A stretch of 62,310 nt of DNA from a bacterium (GTDB lineage Bacteria; Eisenbacteria; RBG-16-71-46): the NCBI GenBank assembly GCA_043779265.1, contig JAYWEM010000128.1, forward strand, positions 1 to 62,310, in the 5' to 3' direction. Numbering within the stretch: the first letter of the stretch is position 1; each line of letters starts with the position of its first letter. The notes beneath the pieces were generated by a model, which was not told where the DNA came from, made no database searches, and worked only from the letters and a program-made list of their open reading frames with translations. Positions 47,362-56,429 of the stretch are shown here, piece after piece. The translations under genes and the position numbers were made by a program.

Positions 47362-48198
47362 TCAGTCACGCATGGGAGGTGCATCGATGTCGTGGAGCGG
47401 ATGACGGCCGATGCGCACGGCATCGCCCTCACCGAGTCCCAAGCGGGCGGCGGCGTCGCCGCCGACCTGGGCGATCTCGAGGCGGCCGGAGGATCCCAGG
47501 ATCGCCACGATCGTGCCGACCGGGGCGTCGCCGTAGGAGCGCGAGAGGCCGTGCACGCGTCGGTCATGCGTTCGCACCTCCAGTGAGAATCCGTCGAAGG
47601 AGTCACCGAACTCGGCTCGCAGTGCCGCCTCGGTCAGGTCGGTGAGCGCGTTGCCGAATCGGTCGATGAACAGGATGTGCCCGGTGAGGCCGCCCGCCTC
47701 TCGTGATGGGGCGGGGTGCTCGAACCGGACCGGGTCGCTCACCCGCGCACCGAACTCCGACAGCGCGATGCCGCACGCGAGATGCGCTGCCACGGGGGCG
47801 AACACATCCCGACCGTGGAAGGTGCGACTCACGGGGCTGCGGAACCAGCGGGTCTCGGTGAGCGCGTGCACTCGCGCGCCGGGCGCGGCGATCGCCCACT
47901 CGAGGAGGCCGTTGTCAGGGCCGACGAAGAACTGGTCGTGAGCCTGCACCGCGAGCGCCCGCCGAGAGGTGCCCACTCCCGGGTCGACCACGGCGAGATG
48001 GACCGTGCCTGCCGGGAAGTCGGGTGCAGCGGCCTCCAACACGAACGCTCCGTGCGCCACGTGGCCCGGCGTGATCGTGTGGACGAGATCGACCACCTGC
48101 GACTCGGGGGCGATGCCGTGGAGGACGCCACGCACCACGCCGACGAACCAGTCCTCATAGCCGAAGTCCGATGTGAACGTCACGATAGGTCGCGCCAA
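47362..48198 (-). CDS. SAM hydroxide adenosyltransferase (DUF62; chlorinase/fluorinase family)
   Basis: TSDFG, VVDPGVGTSRR, GPDNGL, TFHGRDVFAP, IDRFGN; TTG start after GGGAGA. Confidence 0.85.
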   Translation of the reverse strand: MARPIVTFTSDFGYEDWFVGVVRGVLHGIAPESQVVDLVHTITPGHVAHGAFVLEAAAPDFPAGTVHLAVVDPGVGTSRRALAVQAHDQFFVGPDNGLLEWAIAAPGARVHALTETRWFRSPVSRTFHGRDVFAPVAAHLACGIALSEFGARVSDPVRFEHPAPSREAGGLTGHILFIDRFGNALTDLTEAALRAEFGDSFDGFSLEVRTHDRRVHGLSRSYGDAPVGTIVAILGSSGRLEIAQVGGDAAARLGLGEGDAVRIGRHPLHDIDAPPMRD

Positions 48199-48238
48199 GA
48201 AGTCTCCCGGATGCGGGCAGCGGATGGGGACGGCGAAT

Positions 48239-49288
48239 CTAGCCCAAGCGGCGGGGAGCGGCGAGCATCGCCGAGAGGATGCGCCACGCTCCATCGGGCG
48301 TCATGCGATGCAGGCAGCGCAGGTCATCGCACTCGTCGCGATGGCACGGGCTGCATTCGACGCGTGCGCTGTAGGCGCGATGTCCCTCGGACTCCGGATA
48401 GGGGAAGAACATCGCGGGACGATTGCGGCTCATCAGGCCCAGCGTCGGCGTGCCGGTGGCCGCCGAGGTGTGCACGGGCCCGGTGTCGCCGCAGACGAAG
48501 GCCGCACACAACGATTGCAGCGCGACGAATCGCGTGAGCGGCCAATCGCGGACGAGCCAGACGCGACCGCTCGGCAGGGCGTCCAGGACCTCGCGCGCCA
48601 TCGCCGCTTCGCCGGGCCCGGCCGTGAGCACGATCGCCGCGTCCTCATGCGCTTCGAGCACGTGCCGGGCGAGGGCGGCGAAGTTCGCAGTCGCCCAGCG
48701 CCTCGTCGGCCAGCGGGCTCCCGCGTGGAACCCGACGAGCCGAGCCCCGGGCGGCACTCCCATCGCATCGAGCGAGGCGCGTGCTTCGGCTCTCCAGGCT
48801 TCGCTCACGTGCAGCCGGGGCGTCGGGACGGGCGTGGGCGGCTCCCAACCGAGCGCCGAGATCGAGGCGAGGTGGAAACCGCTGGCGCTGAGCGTGCGCG
48901 GCTTCGAGTGGTGGGTGTAGAGCGCCGAGCGCCAGCCTTTGTTCGGATAACCGACACGGGTGCGGGCTCCCGAGAGCGCGCTCCAGATCGCGGTGCGGGG
49001 ATTGCAGAAGCAATCGAGCACCAGGTCGGGCGCGAATCGCCTCAATGACTTGATGAGCGATGCGGTGTCGCGCAGCGATGGCCGCGAAGGGACGGTGATC
49101 ACCTCATCGATGCGCGGGTCCTCTTGCAGGAGCGGCGCGAGGGAGCGCTCGCAGACATAGGCCACTTGCGCCGAGGGTGCCGCGGCACGTGCCGCATCGA
49201 GCAGCGGCATCGTCAGGCAGAGGTCGCCCAGGAACCTCGGGCGGATCAGGGCGATGCGGCGCACAGCCGCGGGGTCGAGAGCGCTCAT
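48239..49288 (-). CDS. Glycosyltransferase family 9 (LPS heptosyltransferase-like)
   Basis: RFLGDLCL, GARWPTRRW, GDTGPVH, CSPCHRDEC; 3' part of ORF 48239..50575. Confidence 0.88.
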   Translation of the reverse strand: MSALDPAAVRRIALIRPRFLGDLCLTMPLLDAARAAAPSAQVAYVCERSLAPLLQEDPRIDEVITVPSRPSLRDTASLIKSLRRFAPDLVLDCFCNPRTAIWSALSGARTRVGYPNKGWRSALYTHHSKPRTLSASGFHLASISALGWEPPTPVPTPRLHVSEAWRAEARASLDAMGVPPGARLVGFHAGARWPTRRWATANFAALARHVLEAHEDAAIVLTAGPGEAAMAREVLDALPSGRVWLVRDWPLTRFVALQSLCAAFVCGDTGPVHTSAATGTPTLGLMSRNRPAMFFPYPESEGHRAYSARVECSPCHRDECDDLRCLHRMTPDGAWRILSAMLAAPRRLG

Positions 49289-49351
49289 GTAGGATGCGTG
49301 CGACGGTAGCGCGGGCCCGCCGCGCCCGCCACCGACGATGGGAGGGAAGCC

Positions 49352-50536
49352 TTGAGCGAGCCGAGGCCGACACGCGAAAGCCGGTTGATCCACGGACCCG
49401 ACCCGACGCACACGGGTTCCGTCTCGACGCCCATCGTGCACAGCGCCACGTTCAGTTTCCCGAGCCTCGAGGCCATGATCGAGGCGCAGCAGGCCGGCTC
49501 GGCGGGATCGTTCTATCAGCGCGTCGGCCATCCCACGATCCATGCCGTGGAATCGCGACTCGCCGACCTCGAAGGGAGCGAGGCGGCGCTGCTCTTCCCC
49601 TCGGGCATGGCGGCGATCTCCAGCGCACTCCTCGCGCACCTCAAGTCGGGCGACCACGTGGTGTGCGTCGATCCGTGCTACGGCGGCACCCAGCAGTTCC
49701 TGTTGTGGGGACGCGAGCGGTTCGGCTGGGACTACACGCTGGTGGATGCACGAGAGCCCGGCGGCTGGGGCTCGGCGTTCCGCCCCGAGACCCGGTTGTT
49801 CCATCTCGAGTGCCCGATCAATCCCACGCTCGTCGTGATCGACATCGCCGCTGCCGCGGCTTTGGGACGACAGCACGGCTGCGTCGTGACCATCGACAAC
49901 ACGATCGCATCGCCGCTCGGCCAGCGGCCGCTCGAGATGGGATGCGATCTCACGCTGTACAGCGCCACCAAGTCGATCGCCGGTCACAGCGATGTGCTGG
50001 CCGGCGCGGTGATGGGTTCGCGTCAGCGACTGGCGCGCGTCCACGACGTGCGCAAGGTCTTCGGTCCGATGCCCGATCCCCAGAGCGCGTGGCTGATCGA
50101 GCGCAGCCTCAAGACGATGGCGCTGCGGGTGCGGGCGAGCAATGACAACGCCCTCGAACTGGCCCTCCGCCTCGAGCGGCATCCTCGCGTTCGCACGGTG
50201 TTCTACCCGGGGCTGGCGTCGCACCCGCAGCACGCCATCGCCCTTCGCCAGATGCGGCTCGGGTTCGGTCCGCTGCTCGGATTCGAGGTCGAGGGCGGCG
50301 CCGGTGCGGCGCTGCGGCTGGTCGAGCATCTGCGATTGATCAAGCATGGCGCGAGCCTCGGCGCGGTCGAATCGCTCTCGAGCCTCGCGGCGCACACCTC
50401 GCACCTGATGCTGGGCGAGGCGGGCCGCGCCCGGGCGGGGATCCCCGAGGGCCTGGTCCGGCTGTCGGCGGGCATCGAGCCGGTTGACGACCTCTGGACG
50501 GACCTCGAGCAGGCTCTGGTGGCGGCGGCGAGCTGA
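49352..50536 (+). CDS. Cys/Met metabolism PLP enzyme (methionine gamma-lyase/cystathionine gamma-synthase-like)
   Basis: FYQRVGHPT, SGMAAI, IDNTIASP, SATKSIAGHSD, SLGAVESL. Confidence 0.85.
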   Translation: MSEPRPTRESRLIHGPDPTHTGSVSTPIVHSATFSFPSLEAMIEAQQAGSAGSFYQRVGHPTIHAVESRLADLEGSEAALLFPSGMAAISSALLAHLKSGDHVVCVDPCYGGTQQFLLWGRERFGWDYTLVDAREPGGWGSAFRPETRLFHLECPINPTLVVIDIAAAAALGRQHGCVVTIDNTIASPLGQRPLEMGCDLTLYSATKSIAGHSDVLAGAVMGSRQRLARVHDVRKVFGPMPDPQSAWLIERSLKTMALRVRASNDNALELALRLERHPRVRTVFYPGLASHPQHAIALRQMRLGFGPLLGFEVEGGAGAALRLVEHLRLIKHGASLGAVESLSSLAAHTSHLMLGEAGRARAGIPEGLVRLSAGIEPVDDLWTDLEQALVAAAS

Positions 50537-50601
50537 CGCGCGCTGCTGTGCTAGACTTCTCGCCGCTTTCCGCACTCCCCATCCCAGCCCGGAGGATCCG
50601 C

Positions 50602-51264
50602 TTGAAGCGCTTCGTTCCGCTGCTCGCGTTCATCATCCTCGCCCTCGGCGCGACGAACCTTCTCGCCCAGGCGAAGCCCGCTGCCGTCAAGGCCGCACCC
50701 GCGGTCGTCGACAGCCTCACGCTGCTCGAGCGTGCCGTGGCCAAGGACTCCACCAAGTTCGACAGCCTCTACAAGCTCGGTGTGCTCTACATGGACCGCG
50801 AGCGCATGCCAGAGGCCGCCAAGGTGCTCGCCAAGGCCGACCGTGTCCGCCCCGGTGACCTGAAGGTGCTCGTCAATCTCGGCGTCGTCCACGACGCGCA
50901 GGGCAAGGCGGCCGAGGCGCAGGGCTACTATCAACGTGCGCTCGTGAGCGCGCCCGGCGACTCGGTGGCGATGTGCCGCCTCGCCAGTTCGCACTACGCC
51001 ACAGGACAGTACGACGTCGCGCTGAAGTACCTGCGTGATCTGATCCGACTCAAGCCCCGTTCGCACTGCGCCTATTTCACGATGGGCGTCGCTTTCGCGG
51101 ATGCCGGCATCTACCGCGATGCGATCCGCATGTGGCGCAAGGTCGTGGAACTGGCACCGGACTCCCCCGAGGCGCTCTCGGCCAAAGAGTCGATCGATGT
51201 GCTCGAGAAGTTCATCAACCAGTCCGCGAGTCCGGCGCAGGACCACAGCGGGCACTCGCACTGA
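50602..51264 (+). CDS. Exported TPR repeat protein with His-rich tail
   Basis: GGAGG RBS, TTG start, signal peptide, about 4 TPR units, C-terminal QDHSGHSH. Confidence 0.75.
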   Translation: MKRFVPLLAFIILALGATNLLAQAKPAAVKAAPAVVDSLTLLERAVAKDSTKFDSLYKLGVLYMDRERMPEAAKVLAKADRVRPGDLKVLVNLGVVHDAQGKAAEAQGYYQRALVSAPGDSVAMCRLASSHYATGQYDVALKYLRDLIRLKPRSHCAYFTMGVAFADAGIYRDAIRMWRKVVELAPDSPEALSAKESIDVLEKFINQSASPAQDHSGHSH

Positions 51265-51294
51265 CCCGGAGCCACGCGAGTGCGTGAGTCGCGC

Positions 51295-52452
51295 ATGATC
51301 TATCTCGACCACAATGCCAGCACGCCGGTCCGCCCCGAGGTCGCCGAGGCCATGCACCAGGCCCTGCGGGACCTCGGGGCGAACCCTTCGAGCCCGCACC
51401 GGGCCGGCCAGCAGGCGCGCGCCGCGATCGAGCGGGCTCGCTCGCAGGTGGCCGCCATGGTGGGGGCTGCGAGCGAGGAGGTCGTATTCGTCTCGGGCGG
51501 CACCGAGGGCGATCACCTCGTCGTGATCGGCGCCGCGATGGCGTGTCGCGCCCAGGGCATGGCCGTGGCTGCCTCGGCCATCGAGCACCATGCCGTGCGC
51601 GGCGCCGCCGACGTGCTCTCCGACTTCGGCTGGACTCATCACGCGCTACCCTGCGATGCCGATGGGCGCACGCAAGCGAGCGCGATCGATTCTCTGCCCG
51701 AGGGCACCACCCTCGTGTCGCTGATGTTCGCGAACAACGAGACGGGCGTCCTGCAGCCGGTGGCCGAACTCGCGGCGAGGGCGCATGCGAGGGGCATGCT
51801 GGTGCACTGCGATGCGGTTCAGGGCGCCGGCAAGGTGGCCGTCGATGCCGGAGCGCTCGGCGCCGACTATCTGGTGATCTCGGCGCACAAGTTCGGCGGA
51901 CCCAAGGGCACCGCCGCCGTCATCGTGCGCAAGAGCGCGCCGCTCGAGGCGCTGTTCCGCGGCAGCGGCCATGAGCGTGGACGCCGTGGCGGCACCGAGA
52001 ACGCCGCCGGCATCGTCGGCATGGGCCTCGCGGCCGAGATGGCCTGCCGGGACCTCGATCGCGAATCGGAGCGGATCGCCGCCCTGCGCGAGCGATTCGA
52101 GTCCCGTTTGCTCGAGGCGATCCCCGACGCGGTCGTGCATGGAGCGGCTGCCCCTCGGCTCCCCGGCACTTCGCAGATCTCGTTTCCGGGGGCACGAAGC
52201 GACTACCTGCTGATGGCGCTCGATGCGCGGGGGCTGTGCGCCTCGGCGGGCGCGGCCTGTCACAGCGGCGGCGTCGAGCCCTCGAGTGTGCTGTCGGCGA
52301 TGGGCGTGGGCCGCGACCTCGCGATCTGCGCCATCCGCTTCTCGCTCGGGCGCACGACCACAGCCCAGGACATCCAGGGCGCTACCGGGATCGTCACCGA
52401 GTCCGTCTCGCTCGTGCGCCGCACGCAGGCCACGGCCGTCTCGCTGCCATGA
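51295..52452 (+). CDS. Cysteine desulfurase (IscS/NifS family)
   Basis: YLDHNASTP, SGGTEG, NNETG, SAHKFGGPKG, RGGTEN, SAGAACHSG. Confidence 0.92.
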   Translation: MIYLDHNASTPVRPEVAEAMHQALRDLGANPSSPHRAGQQARAAIERARSQVAAMVGAASEEVVFVSGGTEGDHLVVIGAAMACRAQGMAVAASAIEHHAVRGAADVLSDFGWTHHALPCDADGRTQASAIDSLPEGTTLVSLMFANNETGVLQPVAELAARAHARGMLVHCDAVQGAGKVAVDAGALGADYLVISAHKFGGPKGTAAVIVRKSAPLEALFRGSGHERGRRGGTENAAGIVGMGLAAEMACRDLDRESERIAALRERFESRLLEAIPDAVVHGAAAPRLPGTSQISFPGARSDYLLMALDARGLCASAGAACHSGGVEPSSVLSAMGVGRDLAICAIRFSLGRTTTAQDIQGATGIVTESVSLVRRTQATAVSLP

Positions 52453-53582
52453 ACGTGCTCGCCGCCATGAGCGGCGGCGTCGACAGCGCCGTCGCGGCCG
52501 CCCTGCTCGCCGAAGCGGGTCACACCGTCACGGGCGTCACGCTGCGGCTCGCCTGCTACGGCAAGACGCCGATGAGCCCGCGCGCATGCTGCACGCTCGA
52601 TGCGATCGATGATGCCCGCCGCGTCGCCACGAGTATGGGGTTTCCGTACCACGTGATCGATGCCGAAGACGTGTTCAAGCACCGCGTCATGCAGCCGTTC
52701 GCGGATGCCTACGCCAGCGGCAGGACGCCGTACCCCTGTGCGCTGTGCAATCAGCACCTCAAATTCGGGGATCTCGTCACGCGCATGGAACTCGTGGGTG
52801 CCGATCGCCTCGCGACCGGTCACTACGCCCGTGTCACCGAGGAGCACGACGGTTCGCGAGCACTTCGTCGCGCTGCCGACCTCGAGAAGGATCAGACCTA
52901 TGCGCTTGCGCTGATTCCCTATGCCGTGCTCGAGCGAGTGGTGTTTCCGCTCGGCGATCTGCACAAGGCGGAGGTGCGCGCCCACGGCGAGCGTCTCGCA
53001 CTGACGTGCTGGGACAAGCCCGAGAGTCAGGACCTCTGCTTCGTTCCCGATGGCGACTATGCCGGTTACCTCACGAACACGATGGGGGAGACGAGAGGCA
53101 CGGCGCCCGGTGAGTTCGTGGACACAACGGGCCGCTCACTCGGCACGCATCGCGGCATCCTCCATTACACCGTCGGCCAGCGGCGCGGGCTCGGCGTGGC
53201 CTCGAGCGAACGCCTCTATGTCGTGGGCATCGATGCGCTCAGCAACACGGTGACCCTCGGAGCGCGCGATGCGCTGGAGCAGGTCTCGCTCGTCACCGGG
53301 CCCGTCAACTGGCTGCTCGCCGCGCCTCCAGCCGCGGGCACTCGCGCGAACGTCCGCATCCGCTATCAGCATGGGGGCGCCGAGGCCACGCTCCACCCGA
53401 GGAGCGACGGAAGCGTCGAGGTGAGATTCGAGCAGCCCCAGGCGGCCATCGCGCCGGGCCAGCTGGCGGTCTTCTACGCCGGGGATTATTGCCTCGGCGG
53501 CGGCGAGATCGCGCATGCGGGCTCGAACCGGGATTTCGCGAGCGAACCGAGCGAGGCAGGAGCGGTCGGCCATGTCGCTTGA
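52449..53582 (+). CDS. mnmA: tRNA 2-thiouridine(34) synthase MnmA
   Basis: AMSGGVDS, TPYPCALCN, ATGHYAR, KDQTY, ESQDLCF, TVGQRRGLG, PGQLAVFY. Confidence 0.93.
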   Translation: MNVLAAMSGGVDSAVAAALLAEAGHTVTGVTLRLACYGKTPMSPRACCTLDAIDDARRVATSMGFPYHVIDAEDVFKHRVMQPFADAYASGRTPYPCALCNQHLKFGDLVTRMELVGADRLATGHYARVTEEHDGSRALRRAADLEKDQTYALALIPYAVLERVVFPLGDLHKAEVRAHGERLALTCWDKPESQDLCFVPDGDYAGYLTNTMGETRGTAPGEFVDTTGRSLGTHRGILHYTVGQRRGLGVASSERLYVVGIDALSNTVTLGARDALEQVSLVTGPVNWLLAAPPAAGTRANVRIRYQHGGAEATLHPRSDGSVEVRFEQPQAAIAPGQLAVFYAGDYCLGGGEIAHAGSNRDFASEPSEAGAVGHVA

Positions 53583-54522
53583 GGCGCCTCCGCAGGTCGA
53601 GCTGCGGTCACTCGATCACTGCCTCGCCTGCGGCGGGCGTCATTTGGGTAAGCTGGCGATGGTCTACCACTTCGCCGGCCAGCGATTCCCGTCGGCTGAG
53701 TGTCGCGATTGCGGGATGCGGTTCCTCCGCGTCCAGCCAACGGGCCGCATGCTCGAGCGCATGTACTCCGCCGAGTACTTCGACACGGATTTCCGTTGCG
53801 GTCGCAGCGAGGCCACGGCAGGCGATGAGGCCGCATTCCGGGCGGAGAACGACGGACTTCTCGACCGAATCGAGCGCTTCCGAGGCGTGGGCCGACTGCT
53901 CGACGTCGGTTGTGCCGAGGGGCTTCTGATCAAGCGTGCGGGCTTGCGCGGTTGGAGTGCAGCCGGCGTGGAGCTGTCCTCCGATGCTGTGGCGCGCGGG
54001 CGGGCGATGGGACTGACGATCCACGAGGGCACGCTCGACTCCGCACCGATTCCGGAGGCGAGCCAGGACGTCGTGTACATGGGCGATGTGCTCGAGCACG
54101 TGCCCGACTGCCGCGCGACCGCCGAGCAGGTGGCGCGTGTGCTCGTGCCGGGGGGTCATCTGATCCTTCGCGGACCCACGACCACGCACTCGCTCGCGCG
54201 CGGGCTCGCGCTGCGGGCCTACGGCCTGCTGGGCCGGGAGATCGCGCTGCATGAGCCGCCCTATCACCTGTGGGAGTTCACGCCCCGGTCCCTGACGACG
54301 CTGCTCGCCTCGGTGGGACTCGAGATGGTGCTGCTCGAACAGGCCAAGATCCCGCCCGGCCGGCCACATGGCAGCAAGAGCGCGCTGCAGCGGCTGGTGC
54401 TGAACGCCATCGACAGCGTCAATCTCCCGATCACGCGTCTTGCGAACATGCTGGGTGATCGCGTGTTCCTTGTTGCGCGGCGGGTTCCGTCGCTGGGCGG
54501 ACGGACCTCGCCTCAGCGATAA
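53572..54522 (+). CDS. Class I SAM-dependent methyltransferase
   Basis: CxxC...CxxC N-terminus, LLDVGCAEG, DVLEHVPD, PPYHLWEF. Confidence 0.85.
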   Translation: MSLEAPPQVELRSLDHCLACGGRHLGKLAMVYHFAGQRFPSAECRDCGMRFLRVQPTGRMLERMYSAEYFDTDFRCGRSEATAGDEAAFRAENDGLLDRIERFRGVGRLLDVGCAEGLLIKRAGLRGWSAAGVELSSDAVARGRAMGLTIHEGTLDSAPIPEASQDVVYMGDVLEHVPDCRATAEQVARVLVPGGHLILRGPTTTHSLARGLALRAYGLLGREIALHEPPYHLWEFTPRSLTTLLASVGLEMVLLEQAKIPPGRPHGSKSALQRLVLNAIDSVNLPITRLANMLGDRVFLVARRVPSLGGRTSPQR

Positions 54523-55544
54523 GTCGACTTCAGCGCTCCCCACGATCGCTTCGATGCAGAGACGACGCCGCACGCGACATCGAGCGCCCCCACCTGTCCG
54601 CAGTTGTTCGTGTTCGCGATCGAAGCACACGGGGAGTTGGCGGTGAGTCCGAAGTGATCCGCGCCGAGATCGCAGAAGCCGGGGTCCAGCTCGAAGTTGC
54701 CGCTCGTGCCGATCGGCGAAGCGAAGCCGACGACATTCAGCCCGCCCGCGACGTAGAGGTCGCAGCAGACGAAGCTCGATGTGCCGGGCGAGAGCGCCGC
54801 GTGGATGTTCGAGTTGCTCGCCGGGAATGCGATGATGCTGGCCGTGGCATCGAACCTGCCCGATCGCGTGAAGTAGAGGTTCCCGCCCGCGAGTGCTGCC
54901 GCATTGTCGGCGACCGTCGTGTGGTCGAGCACGACGCGAGCGTGTTCCCAAGCGGTGAGGCCGCCACCGTAGGCGCCGCATTCGTTGCCGTACACGAGGC
55001 AGTGGAAGAGAGTCGTGACGCCGACATGGTCGGCGTAGAGACCACCGCCCGAGCCGAACGGCGCGTCATTGTCCCGGATCGTGCAGAACTGGAACGTGGG
55101 TGAGCCTTGGTCGACGTAGACTCCCGCCCCGGCGGTCCCGAAATTCTGCTCGATGATGCAGTCGATCAACATGGGGGAGGCATACTCGATGTAGACGCCG
55201 CCCCCGGGGCTGAGCGTGTAGCCATTGCGAATGGTGAATCCGCGGATCTCGGTCGAACTCGTGACACCCGCGAGGATCCTCATCGTGCAACCCGCCGCGC
55301 CGCCGTCGATGATGGTCGTCGCCGGTCCGCTGCTGCTCTCCAGTCTCACGCCATTGCGCGCCGCCGTGAGTACGACGTTCTCCGTGTAAACCCCCGACCC
55401 CACGAGGATGAGATCGCCCGAGGTCGACGCGTTGAGCGCGCCCTGGATCGTCGAGTGGGTTCCTGGGACATGGATCGTGGCGGCCGCGCTCGGCGAAGCG
55501 GTGAGTACCGAAAGCGAGAGGAGGAGCGAAGTCGCAAGTCTCAT
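54513..55544 (-). CDS. Secreted parallel beta-helix repeat protein with C-terminal SWGALKSTYR tail
   Basis: Signal peptide, TIHVPGTHSTIQGAL, GGG(V/L)Y repeats, DPGFC...SPC; GGAGG RBS. Confidence 0.82.
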   Translation of the reverse strand: MRLATSLLLSLSVLTASPSAAATIHVPGTHSTIQGALNASTSGDLILVGSGVYTENVVLTAARNGVRLESSSGPATTIIDGGAAGCTMRILAGVTSSTEIRGFTIRNGYTLSPGGGVYIEYASPMLIDCIIEQNFGTAGAGVYVDQGSPTFQFCTIRDNDAPFGSGGGLYADHVGVTTLFHCLVYGNECGAYGGGLTAWEHARVVLDHTTVADNAAALAGGNLYFTRSGRFDATASIIAFPASNSNIHAALSPGTSSFVCCDLYVAGGLNVVGFASPIGTSGNFELDPGFCDLGADHFGLTANSPCASIANTNNCGQVGALDVACGVVSASKRSWGALKSTYR

Positions 55545-55705
55545 GGCGGAACCTCCCAGGAGGAGTGAGTGCGTGTGGCGGCGACGCGAATGACCAGCGG
55601 CAGCCTATCAAGGTGGCGCTCGTCCCCGATATCGGAATCTGTGACCCTCGGGGTTCCGATCCCAGGAGAGTGCCGCTCAGGTCCCGCGAGAAGCGCGCGC
55701 AAGTT

Positions 55706-56323
55706 TCAGCGAGATGACATTCCTCGCGGCTCCAAGCGCAGTCGTAACTCGCTCGCCGGTATTGCGCTGTCGCTGCGCCACTCGCTCACCTCGACCTCCC
55801 GGTCCGGCAGCCGTCGCAAGAGCGAGAGGGCCGAGCGCGCACGCTGCGACCGCGGCGTCTGGAGGTGCAGTTGCCAGTGGGTCGAAGCCGACCCGACCGC
55901 GACGGGGAACGCCGCTTCGACCCGCGACGAGTCGAGCCTCGCGTGACCACGCTCGCCCTTTCGCCAGCCACCCTGTGCGCTCCACCTCGCGAGGAAGGAG
56001 ACCTCGAGTCGATAGGCGCCCGGGATCAACCCACCGAGGGCGTCCACCTGCAGACCTCGCTCCGTGAGACCCCAGACGCTGGCCACCCGCCCACGCGGTC
56101 CCGACAGTGAGAGGCTGCCGATCTCGAGGCTGTCGGCTGCGAGTGAGAGCGTGCGGGCGCTGTCCGCGAGCGTGAACCACATCGTCGTGCTCCCCGTCAC
56201 CCACGATTTGGCCGGGTCCAACTCGAGGAACACCGCCTGCGAGTCGGGCGAGACGGCGGTCGAGGCGGCGTTCGGCATGGGCGAGCCTGCGAGCAGCAGC
56301 ATGGCGGAGATCAGGAGCAGCAT
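55706..56323 (-). CDS. Exported protein resembling the stand-alone N-terminal beta domain of M1 aminopeptidases
   Basis: LELDP..SWVTGST, YRLEVSF, AAFPV; no HExxH. Confidence 0.45.
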   Translation of the reverse strand: MLLLISAMLLLAGSPMPNAASTAVSPDSQAVFLELDPAKSWVTGSTTMWFTLADSARTLSLAADSLEIGSLSLSGPRGRVASVWGLTERGLQVDALGGLIPGAYRLEVSFLARWSAQGGWRKGERGHARLDSSRVEAAFPVAVGSASTHWQLHLQTPRSQRARSALSLLRRLPDREVEVSEWRSDSAIPASELRLRLEPRGMSSR

Positions 56324-56392
56324 GCCCGCACGCTAGCCCGGCGAATGGCGGGACCGCCAGTGGTGATGTCGTCCCGCGTCCTGCGACGGTCA

Positions 56393-56422
56393 TTGACAGT
56401 GCGGCGAGCCGCCTCCTAGCTT
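56393..56422 (+). promoter_or_regulatory. Putative sigma70 promoter (leaderless) of the ABC operon
   Basis: TTGACA-N18-TAGCTT-N7-ATG(56430), no SD. Confidence 0.55.
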
Positions 56423-56429
56423 GGGCGCC

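Noticed and set aside
47362-48198. Possible fluorinase/chlorinase (halometabolite pathway)
   Set aside because: TFHGRD with the Asp/Arg/His pattern fits the common DUF62 SAM hydrolase, and there is no biosynthetic cluster nearby.
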